From Macrostomum hystrix (lineage: Eukaryota > Animalia > Platyhelminthes), in assembly GCA_950097015.1 (NCBI GenBank), contig CATNEN010000033.1:4836001-4900000 (forward strand): a stretch of 64,000 nt of DNA. The letters are read 5' to 3'. The notes below the pieces were generated by a model. The model had not been told where the DNA came from. It was given only the letters and a program-made list of their open reading frames with translations, and ran no database searches. This document shows, piece after piece, positions 10,545 through 21,558 of the stretch. Numbering within the stretch: the first letter of the stretch is position 1; every line of letters begins with the position of its first letter. A program made the translations under genes and the position numbers.

Positions 10545-11050
10545 TTAACGGACTAGATTATTAACGGACTAGATTATTAACGGACTAGATTATTAACGGA
10601 CTAGATTATTAACGGACTAGATTATTAACGGACTAGATTATTAACAGACTAGATTATTAACGGACTAGATTATTAACAGACTAGATTATTAACGGACTAG
10701 ATTATTAACAGACTAGATTATTAACGGACTAGATTATTAACAGACTAGATTATTAACGGACTAGATTATTAACAGACTAGATTATTAACGGACTAGATTA
10801 TTAACTGACTAGATTATTGACGGACTAGATTATTAACGGACTAGATTATTAACAGACTAGATTATTAACGGACTAGATTATTAACTGACTAGATTATTAA
10901 CGGACTATATTATTAACGGACTATATTATTAACGGACTAGATAATTAACGGACTATTAACGGACTAGATTATTAACGGACTAGATTATTAACGGACTAGA
11001 TTATTAACGGACTAGATTATTAACGGACTAGATTATTAACGGACTAGATT
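10545..11050. repeat. 16-bp minisatellite (TTAACGGACTAGATTA), about 31 copies
   Basis: Period 16. Confidence 0.97.
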
Positions 11051-12114
11051 GTAAAACTTATTGGCTCAAAATCACGACCAATTCAGTAGTTATTTAAAGC
11101 CGCTTTTTTAAGGAAAATTGAACGAGAATTCAAGAAATCAAATTGAATGAAAGCTTTAATTCTGTCCCACTGTTTTGATTGACTTTCAGTATTTTTCTGT
11201 TGAATCGAAAGCCTGACGCGGGGGCGGTCCGGGCCCTGCTGGTTGTCGCTGGCCCCGCTTCAAATTGGGCCATCAAAATTCTGCTCCACGTTCAAATCCC
11301 CTATCAGTTTTCCCAATCTATATATCCCCTTAACTCTCCCTAGTTCCCGGATCCTGTCTGATCCCCTCAGATATGAAATGTTCGCAATCCGCGACCCCTC
11401 AGCTTTTTTAGCTGATTAGGGAGCGAAGTATATGGGGATAAAAGTTGGCGGATAGGCTCCTCTTTTACTCTCGCCCCAAACGATGACGTAATCAACGGGC
11501 CGCCCACGCCTTATCTCCGAGCCTCTATCGACAAACAGGTCAAGCCGGAGTTATTGTGGGAAAAATGGGATTTTCATCCCCTCCGGAGACAGTTTTCATG
11601 GGCCACTACTGGGATTTGGATTCGGTTGCGGGGATGGAGGGAGGTGGAATTCGATCCCAATGCCAGCCAGTATCCACTGGTTTGGGGGCTCGGGAGTAAG
11701 AAGGGGATAATCTTGGGATCAGATTATTTTTCTGTTTGGGGTGAGTTCTTAAAAACGTAGAGTTTAGCAGTGAAAAGAGGGAGGAGAAAGGGCAGAAGTT
11801 GGTGGGGATTTCACTGACAACAAGGGAGCACAAAGGACTGCAGATGGGATCAAAGCGGCCAGGCCCACCAAACAGAGACTGCCTGCCACCTTCCTTGAAG
11901 TCTGATCCACTTTTGCTACTTGAGCCGAAGTATCCAAAGCCCGTACAGAAGCGGGCAATGGGATAAAAGATGTGTGCTTCCTGCGATGGCTCTTTTGTGG
12001 AGAGTGGGTCCTGTTTCCTGTGTCTGCGGACCCTTCTGCAGCCCATTATGTAAATTTAATAATCCCAGCTTGCAAAATGCATTGGCAAGCATCTTCTTAA
12101 TCAATACATCTGCT

Positions 12115-13298
12115 CCCTTATCTACCCCACTCTTCCTTATCTACCCCACTCTTCCTTATCTACCCCACTCTTCCTTATCTACCCCACTCTTCCTTATCTA
12201 CCCCACTCTTCCTTATCTACCCCACTCTCCCTTATCTACCCCACTCTCCCTTATCTACCCCACTCTCCCTTATCTACCCCACTCTCCCTTATCTACCCCA
12301 CTCTTCCTTATCTACCCCACTCTTCCTTATCTACCCCACTCTTCCTTATCTACCCCACTCTTCCTTATCTACCCCACTCTTCCTTATCTACCCCACTCTT
12401 CCTTATCTACCCCACTCTCCCTTATCTACCCCACTCTTCCTTATCTACCCCACTCTCCCTTATCTACCCCACACTTCCTTATCTACCCCACTCTTCCTTA
12501 TCTACCCCACTCTCCCTTATCTACCCCACTCTCCCTTATCTACCTCACTCTTCCTTATCTACCCCACTCTCCCTTATCTACCCCACTCTTCCTTATCTAC
12601 CCCACTCTCCCTTATCTACCCCACTCTTCCTTATCTACCCCACTCTTCCTTATCTACCCCACTCTTCCTTATCTACCCCACTCTTCCTTATCTACCCCAC
12701 TCTTCCTTATCTGCCCCACTCTTCCTTATCTGCCCCACTCTCCCTTATCTACCCCACTCTTCCTTATCTACCCCACTCTTCCTTATCTGCCCCACTCTCC
12801 CTTATCTACCCCACTCTTCCTTATCTACCCCACTCTCCCTTATCTACCCCACTCTTCCTTATCTACCCCACTCTTCCTTATCTACCCCACTCTTCCTTAT
12901 CTACCCCACTCTTCCTTATCTGCCCCACTCTTCCTTATCTACCCCACTCTCCCTTATCTACCCCACTCTCCCTTATCTACCCCACTCTTCCTTATCTACC
13001 CCACTCTCCCTTATCTACCCCACTCTCCCTTATCTACCCCACACTTCCTTATCTGCCCCACTCTTCCTTATCTACCCCACTCTCCCTTATCAACCCCACT
13101 CTCCCTTATCTGCCCCACTCTCCCTTATCTGCCCCACTCTCCCTTATCTACCCCACTCTCCCTTATCTGCCCCACTCTCCCTTATCTGCCCCACTCTCCC
13201 TTATCTACCCCACTCTTCCTTATCTACCCCACTCTCCCTTATCTGCCCCACTCTCCCTTATCTACCCCACTCTCCCTTATCTACCTCACTCTTCCTTG
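12115..13298. repeat. 19-bp minisatellite (TCTACCCCACTCTTCCTTA), about 62 copies
   Basis: Period 19. Confidence 0.97.
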
Positions 13299-13933
13299 TC
13301 TTCCCTCACCCACCCATGTCTCCTTTCAGATGCAAAGCTGTTTGTTTGCAATCGGCCCAGTACCCGTCGGTTCTTAGGGACAGACCCTGATCAACTCCCA
13401 GCTCCCAGGATTTCCTAATCATTTTGCGCTCCCCCGGGCAAATCCAGTTTGAGCTGTTGGCCTGGCGAAGTTCAGAATGGGATCGGGAGCCTCAGTCTCA
13501 TCCAGTGTGTCAATTCTCTGCTCATCGGCTGCCTCTCTGGCTCAGGGCGGTGTTGCTAGGGCCCGCCATGGAAACTTAGGGACCTGCGATTGCGTAACCT
13601 TCAATCCCGAGATGGAGCTACCTGGGTGCGTGATTGGATGGGGATCAGCCGACCGGAGAGGAAAACAAAATTAGATTGAGTAGCGTCCCGATGCGCAGTG
13701 ACACATGCTCAAACTGCTCAATGTTAACCTTGAGTCCTGTTAACAGAAATGCAAATCCACTTTGCCGCTGACGTTTTTCATGTAGAAAGCAGCTATTTTC
13801 AAGCCTCTTCTCTTGGGAGAATCGACAAACACGGGCCTTTACTACTTATAGTAGCAGATTTTCGATGGACTGAATCACAAAACTTACGGTTTCCTGAATT
13901 TTCCTGGGAAATCCTAGCCAGAATCATTTGACC

Positions 13934-14288
13934 CGTAGCCCAGTCCGTAGCCAAGTCCGTAGCCAAGGCCATACATAGCCAAGTCCATAGCCAAGGCCAT
14001 ACATAGCCAAGTCCGTAGCCAAGGCCATACATAGCCAAGTCCATAGCCAAGGCCATACATAGCCAAGTCCGTAGCCAAGGCCATACATAGCCAAGTCCAT
14101 AGCCAAGGCCATACATAGCCAAGGCCATACATAGCCAAGGCCATACATAGCCAAGGCCATACATAGCCAAGGCCATACATAGCCAAGTCCATAGCCAAGG
14201 CCATACATAGCCAAGTCCATAGCCAAGGCCATACATAGCCAAGTCCATAGCCAAGGCCATACATAGCCCGTAGCCAAGTTCATAGCCC
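13934..14288. repeat. Composite 12/16-bp minisatellite (TAGCCAAGTCCA / TAGCCAAGGCCATACA)
   Basis: Two related units interspersed. Confidence 0.93.
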
Positions 14289-14299
14289 AGCCAGCTCAC

Positions 14300-14471
14300 C
14301 AATCTCCCTGAACGGATCGTCATCAACGAAGCAGGTGGTGCCACGGCCACTGTCAGACTCCGAGGACTGACCGCTGCCCGCAGCCGCAGCTGCCGCAGCC
14401 GCAGCCGCAGCCGCCGCCGCAGCCGCCGCCGCATGCCCAAACGTAGGCGCAATGTAATCGTATTCTCGATA
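14300..14471 (-). CDS. Protocadherin exon 3 (cytoplasmic tail, 18-Ala tract, SESDSGRG motif)
   Basis: Acceptor AACTTGCAG at 14472 (phase 0 matches exon 2), donor GTGAGC at 14299 (phase 1). Confidence 0.7.
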
Positions 14472-15735
14472 CTGCAAGTTCGGATAGGTTTGAGCCAGTG
14501 ATAGACAATGCGCATTAGTCACGATAGCGGCCGGCACACCCCCCGCAGCTGCTCACAGCCGGTAATTACCCCCACAGGCAAGGAAATGGTCGAGCGGGCG
14601 TGTAACCGGAGAGCAGGCTCCGGCTTCGCGGACGCGGCTTTTGAATGCCCATAGCCAGCGATTGAATAGTAATAATTGTATAGTAATAATGATAATAATG
14701 ATTGTGTGCTCAGAATGCGGCCTCCCTATCAGAGCTGTTCAGGTTTCCCTGTCTATCGGTGAGTGAGTCAGATCCCATAGTTCTGCGATGCAAGTTTGTA
14801 ACTGGTTGGTTAGTCGCATCAATTAGGCACATTTCGATGTTTGGCAGAGAGCGGGCAAGCTCCAGGCAGCCCCATTGCTGAGGGGATTAATAGAGAGCAG
14901 AAGACAGGCAGGCGGACACTGATTCGAAGCCCGCAGCTGATGGGGGAGAAAACAGTGAGTATAGGAACAGCGCCTGAATAGCCTGGGGCCATTTTCTCGC
15001 CTGGCAGTTTTACTGTTTTCAGTTTTTGAGAATCGATCAGTGGGAGAGACACAGAGCTCGTATTGGTACAATTTGCATATTCAACGAGGCAATAGGCCTA
15101 ACACAGACCTCCTTGAAACCTGCTTACGTAACACTGGCGCGACTCACAAATGAGGGAGGATGGAGCTGCAGGGTGATGAGTGGCTAAGCGAGCGTCGCCT
15201 ACCGTTGACGGGGCGGTTACTGACCCGCTTCAGGCATTCGGCCCTGTCTACGGCCAGCTCAACAAAGGATGATAGCAGAGGATCAGTTTGATCTTTTTTG
15301 GAGTATAGTTTATGCTCCCCTAAATCTAGGCTGTTTTAAACAGTTCAGAGATGCTATTGTTGCTAGGCTGGCTCTGAGCTCGCAGGGGATCGTGCCCGCT
15401 GAGCCACACCCACCCGCTGGCTCCGTCACTGCCGACAAAGTGGGCAAACAGCAGGAGTTCATTGCAGTCACACACTCGCTGTCAATGGCTAATATCATGA
15501 AAACGTGACACAGGACCAGAACTCAAGCAATACAATGCAAACTGCTAATAGATAATGAAACTGCGCGAACTGTTTTCTCTGCTTTTCAAAAGAAGAATTA
15601 ATTACAATTTTGGGCTCACAATAACATATTTGTGCAGGCAAACTCACTCGCACTGTATTCTATCACGAATCGAATAAAAAGATGGCATTGTGTTTGAGAG
15701 CACATCGTTGCACATGACACTGACATGACATGATT

Positions 15736-16311
15736 GAAATGACACTATCCTACCGAAATGGCACACTATCCTACCGAAATGGCACACTATCCTACCGAAA
15801 TGGCACACTATCCTACCGAAATGGCACACTATCCTACCGAAGTGGCACACTATCCTACCGAAATGGCACACTATCCTACCGAAATGGCACACTATCCTAC
15901 CGAAATGGCACACTATCCTACAGAAATGGCACACTATCCTACCGAAATGGCACACTATCCTACAGAAATGGCACACTATCCTACAGAAATGGCACACTCT
16001 CCTACCGAAATGGCACACTGTCCTACAGAAATGGCACACTCTCCTACCGAAATGGCACACTCTCCTACAGAAATGGCACACTCTCCTACCGAAATGGCAC
16101 ACTCTCCTACAGAAATGGCACACTCTCCTACCGAAATGGCACACTATCCTACCGAAATGGCACACTATCCTACCGAAATGGCACACTATCCTACCGAAAT
16201 GGCACACTATCCTACCGAAATGGCACACTATCCTACCGAAATGGCACACTATCCTACCGAAATGGCACACTATCCTACCGAAATGGCACTCTATCCTACC
16301 GAAATGGTACA
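15736..16311. repeat. 21-bp minisatellite (GAAATGGCACACTATCCTACC), about 27 copies
   Basis: Period 21. Confidence 0.97.
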
Positions 16312-16328
16312 TTGTCCTCGAGCATGGC

Positions 16329-16823
16329 TTGACTTGACTTAGCGGCAGGGAGCCTCCACGACGGACGCAGCGAGGAGGCGGCCGATGCCGCCCATATCGC
16401 TAACCCCTGGCAGCCAGACGGCCTCCAGCGAGGCGGTGCCGCTCAGGGTGGTCCGTCGGTCGAATCCGCCGCGCGATCTTCCTCGCCATAGGCTGGGAAG
16501 AAATCAGCTCGGCCGGTGTCCCGGAGGAAGTGGGCGAGCTGTGAAATGTTTTCGGGCGAGCAGGCTTCGACAAGGGTCGGCGCCGGCCCGAGATGTTTTA
16601 GCCTAGCCCGGGTGAAGGCCGGGCAGTGGCAGATGAAGTGCTCGGCGTTTTCACGTCCGGAGCAGCAGAAGGGACACATTTCCTCAGGCACGTGGCCTTG
16701 GAGGTAGCGGTGTCTGGTGAAGCAGCCATGTCCCGAGAGGGCCATGGTGACTGCTCTCAGGTCTCTGCGATTTAGCCTAAGCAAGGCTTTACGCAGATTA
16801 CTAGAGGGGGTTGGCACTGCAGC
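16329..16823 (-). mobile_element. 5'-truncated non-LTR retrotransposon (I-group, LOA/R1-like ORF2 C-terminus) with 13-bp TSD
   Basis: [22 protein letters not shown]...CPFC...[17 protein letters not shown] zinc-finger region, stop at 16443, 3' tail TAAGTCAAGTCAA, direct repeat CCTCGAGCATGGC at 16316-16328 and 16824-16836. Confidence 0.88.
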
Positions 16824-17936
16824 CCTCGAGCATGGCATTCGACTCGAAAGTGTTCTGTCGCAGTCACTTAATGACTTGTAGTGCCGCAAGTAAATCGCTT
16901 GATTGTCTCAAATTTGGTTGTTTCCTGAGAGCGCTTGCCTAAAGCTTAAGGCTAATCCCATTTTCGAAAGGTTATAATCTACGAATCCAGGCTCACACCG
17001 CGGGAACAAATGTCGCTGATCCCTAATTTACTGCTGAAATCCCTGCAGGCTGGCTGGTAACTAGTTCTGGACTCAGTTCTGAGACCGAAATTCAGGACCA
17101 AATCTGAGATCACCGAGTCGCAGCCACATGCGGGCACCGGGGGGAGAGGCCCTTGATCTTGAAGGAAAAAGTCGGAGCCGAAGTTAATCTCTGCGATTAA
17201 GCGGGCTTTGATAATAAATTATGCACCGTATTGAATGGCGGGACTGGCAGGGCCGGGTCCACAATGCTTTTTTCTCACTAAATCGGAGAGCTGAGAAGCT
17301 TTGGCAGATATTTGGAAGCCAAGGCAGGCTTCCGGGTAGCCCCTAACAAAAGAGCAAGCAATGGAAATAGGGGAGCATTGGGCGGAGGGCTTGGGGTGCC
17401 CCCACTTGACGCAACCGTTGGTCTGGGGTTAGGGAGAATTCTCCCCTTTTTAGTTAACTCGTATCGATAAAATTAAATTTTTTCTAAATCTAAACTTTTT
17501 ATGGCCGTGCGCAGATGAGGGCCGAGTGAATAAATTACTCGCATTGTAGGAGATAATGTTACTGGCTGTTGTCTTTTGTGCCCACTCTGAGCTCAACTGA
17601 GCTCAACTGCCACTTTATTGGGGCCGGGAGTGAGTGGGTCCGGACACTTCAAGCAGGCAGAAGTTCTCACACTGAATAAAACAGCGGACTGGAGGGGTGG
17701 AGCAAACATTTTTTGCTTTTTCTAATACCCAACAGACAAAAAGCAGAACGGATGAAATTGAGAGGATTGCATAGCGGAGTGAGTTGACAGCCTGTCTGTC
17801 AGTCAAACTGCGGAAGGGACGGGTCAGTAATACGCCATCATTAAATTGAGAACTTGTCGTTTTAAAATTTATGTCTCAACACGTTTTTGTTCATAGTAAA
17901 TTTCCTCACAAAAATACTACCGTATAGCATTGTGTA

Positions 17937-18962
17937 GAGTCCGATACCTCAGCAATGGCACCTGATACCACCCGATAAGAGCCAGACACCTCAGCAATGG
18001 CACCTGATACCACCCGATAAGAGCCCGACACCTCAGCAATGGCACCTGATACCACCCGATAAGAGCCCGACACCTCAGCAATGGCACCTGATACCACCCG
18101 ATAAGAGTCCGACACCTCAGCAATGGCACCTGATACCACCCGATAAGAGTCCGACACCTCAGCAATGGCACCTGATACCACCCGATAAGAGTCCGACACC
18201 TCAGCAATGGCACCTGATACCACCCGATAAGAGCCAGACACCTCAGCAATGGCACCTGATACCACCCGATAAGAGTCCGATACCTCAGCAATGGCACCTG
18301 ATACCACCCGATAAGAGCCCGACACCTCAGCAATGGCACCTGATACCACCCGATAAGAGCCCGACACCTCAGCAATGGCACCTGATACCACCCGATAAGA
18401 GTCCGATACCTCAGCAATGGCACCTGATACCACCCGATAAGAGCCCGACACCTCAGCAATGGCACCTGATACCACCCGATAAGAGTCCGACACCTCAGCA
18501 ATGGCACCTGATACCACCCGATAAGAGCCCGACACCTCAGCAATGGCACCTGATACCACCCGATAAGAGTCCGACACCTCAGCAATGGCACCTGATACCA
18601 CCCGATAAGAGTCCGACACCTCAGCAATGGCACCTGATACCACCCGATAAAGGCCCGACACCTCAGCAATGGCACCTGATACCACCCGATAAAGGTCCGA
18701 CACCTCAGCAATGGCACCTGATACCACCCGATAAGAGCCCGACACCTCAGCAATGGCACCTGATACCACCCGATAAGAGCCCGACACCTCAGCAATGGCA
18801 CCTGATACCACCCGATAAGAGCCCGACACCTCAGCAATGGCACCAGATACCACCCGATAAGAGTCCGACACCTCAGCAATGGCACCTGATACCACCCGAT
18901 AAGAGCCAGACACCTCAGCAATGGCACCTGATACCACCCGATAAGAGCCAGACACCTTTACA
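17937..18962. repeat. 42-bp minisatellite, about 24 copies
   Basis: CACCTCAGCAATGGCACCTGATACCACCCGATAAGAGCCCGA units. Confidence 0.97.
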
Positions 18963-20067
18963 ATGACACCAACATAAAAGAGGACAATTTTAGGCACAAT
19001 GTTAGCTTAATAATTTGAAACGAATGCAAAATTAGCAAACAGAAGGAGACACAAGCTAAGCCAGGTGAGTTCTATACTCAAGTCCGGACCACGGGTTAAG
19101 CTCGAGTAAATGCAGAGGGTTCTGGTTGAAAACAAACAAGCGAACCGATGCTAAACTATTTTGATCTACCGTTTCACTGCGCTAATTGACTTGGCCCACT
19201 GAGAGGCAAGCAAAGGCTTAATGAGCCGCAACACGGAAGGCAGGCCCCGTACTCAAACAGGCTAAACTGAAACAAGTACAAGTCCTCACATTTCCATGTT
19301 CTCAGGCGGGGCAAGCCGAGCGAGAGAGCCAGCTCAGCTGAGTAAGATGAGGGCCGACAAGTGCGAGCCAAAGCGGTAATCTTTGGCCGAATTATTGATT
19401 ATCTGAACAGGGGCAGCTTTTCTAGCGGTTTCGGAGTAAATTTCGGCTTCCCTGTTCATATCGGATTCTCTATTTCTAAAGTTTTCAGTGTCAACGCATG
19501 ACCACTTATTGATCTATGCCAATGTGTTCCGCGCATTGTTGTTGGTTAATGATGCTTAAGTGCAAGCATTAACGAATTTACTTTGACACAAGCCCAAGGA
19601 CACAAGTCGAATTCGAACTTCGAACCTCTGGGTCAACCTTCCACACTAATAGTCTTCAATAATCTTCAAGCGAAGGTCTTCAAGTAAAAAATAGCACGCC
19701 CGATCTAACATACCCATAACTGCAAAAGCCAGAAGCAGATGTGTTGCAGAGGGCTACCAAGGCGGCTTTTTCATTTGATCTTTTTGCCGAGAAATTTCTC
19801 TGCCACGCGGATTGATTAGACACCTGCCAAGCCGACCAACACCTGTGCCCCCACCCTGAGTTAGCCCGCGACCCGCCGCAGAATTCAGCTGCTGTTCTTG
19901 TTGCTTGTCGGAAGAACATGAGTCCAAATGCATTTTAGTCTCGCGGCAATTCGTCATTCAAAGCGCGTTTAATTGTCAGCTTTACTTGTTTCAAGTTGAT
20001 CAGGGACTTGACATATTTATGACTGTCTTCTAAAGAGACAGCTTCAAAGAAATTCTAAAAGCAGGGA

Positions 20068-20312
20068 AAGAATGAAGGGAATGAGTCAGAGAATGAAGGG
20101 AATGAGTCAGAGAATGAAGGGAATGAGTCAGAGAATGAAGGGAATGAGTCAAAGAATGAAGGGAATGAGTCAGAGAATGAAGGGAATGAGTCAAAGAATG
20201 AAGGGAATGAGTCAGAGAATGAAGGGAATGAGTCAGAGAATGAAGGGAATGAGTCAGAGAATGAAGGGAATGAGTCAAAGAATGAAGGGAATGAGTCAGA
20301 GAATGAAGGGAA
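20068..20312. repeat. 21-bp minisatellite (GAATGAAGGGAATGAGTCAGA), about 11.5 copies
   Basis: Period 21; each unit contains TGAGTCA. Confidence 0.96.
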
Positions 20313-21061
20313 TGGGTCTTAGAAAGAGAATTGGGTCATAGAATGAAATTATGAGGTCATAGAGAGAGTAAAATGAGTCACAATCACACGCAAGAGAGTG
20401 CAATTAAAACCGCAGTGTGTTTACATGCTGGCATGGTGTATTTTGTTTGGTGAAGCATCTGTCCGCCAGTGAACTTCACCCCCAACTCTGCCCTCCGTTA
20501 TCCGGCCAAACAGTTCAAAGGGGGGCCAGGCAGCTCGGCATCAAAGACGCTATCGGAAAAGTTTTCGATCGAACGTCAATGACCCGCTGATGTGTCTCAG
20601 CTAAACCGTGTTTTGCAACAAACCCTACCATCATGCGCTATCAGAGGCTCCACCTGGCCCAACCCATCCCCGATATCAAACTCACCATCGCCCGCCCTGT
20701 ACACACTGGCAACAGATATCTGGGAATGGAAGGCCGCGTGACGGCCTCGCGAGGGATCGATATTTGAGCAGGGATGCAGAGAAATGCTTTGACTAACACG
20801 GCTTTCTCTACAGATCCCGTTTCACTGGTTCGAAAGGATGCTGAGTAGAATTGGAATGGGGTTTCTGCTGGATTGGGGGGATCTACTTTGGCAGTTGGGG
20901 GAGTTTTGTTGGATCTGAGTTTGAGACGGGTCGAAGGTCACATTGTGATGCGTTTTGCTCACACTGATTGATTGATATTTGCTGGGAGTGACACTGCGGG
21001 GACCCTCAGAGTATACTTGCGTGAAATTGCCCGAGACCGGTATGATGGGGATAGAATAGAG

Positions 21062-21185
21062 TGAGTAGAATGGGTCATTCAGTGAGGAGAATGGGTCATA
21101 CAGTGAGGAGAATGGGTCATACAGTGAGGAGAATGGGTCATTCAGTGAGGGTGAGCAGAATGGGTCATTCAGTGAGGGTGAGCAG
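21062..21185. repeat. Left part of a 21/27-bp minisatellite interrupted by the LTR element
   Basis: GAGCAGAATGGGTCATTCAGTGAGGGT-type units; continues at 25482. Confidence 0.9.
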
Positions 21186-21442
21186 TGTCGTGTCGTTTAG
21201 AGTGACTCTTATGTTTGTTAGTTTAGAGCGAACACGATAATATATTTGTGCATCAGTCACATCACTTATATAGAACGCGAGATACAAGTACAACGTGCGA
21301 TATTATTGAGCGGTGGCCACGTGCCACACAATAGGCATGTACATTAATAGGTCAGTGAAGAGTTAAAGGACATTGGCGGCACCGTGCCCGCCCACGCTCA
21401 GGCTAACAATGCGCCTGGCCGCGATAGACCGACGGCGCCACA
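21186..21442 (-). repeat. 3' LTR of Mag-like element
   Basis: 256/257 identical to 25225-25481. Confidence 0.97.
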
Positions 21443-21452
21443 TCTCCCCGTC
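21443..21452 (-). promoter_or_regulatory. Polypurine tract
   Basis: GACGGGGAGA immediately before the 3' LTR. Confidence 0.7.
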
Positions 21453-21558
21453 AACGGAGGACCAGACGATCGGGTGGAACACCTTTGTTGCTGCGCTCAC
21501 TTCGTCTGGGCACCGAAGTTGCATTTGGCTGAAAGCTGCCAGCCGGGCCGTCCTGCAC

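Noticed and set aside
11920-13377. 485-aa ORF and similar long ORFs (15644-16342, 17906-18997, 28175-28985, 31398-35607, 37614-38421, 42048-44861, 45390-46338, 48765-50258, 50743-51373, 55048-55918)
   Set aside because: All are translations of stop-free tandem repeats, usually open in several frames and on both strands, including the Cys-rich metallothionein-looking ones
19575-19650. Degenerate SINE remnant on the minus strand (GTTCGAATTCG...TGTGTCCTTGGGC)
   Set aside because: No A box and too short to support
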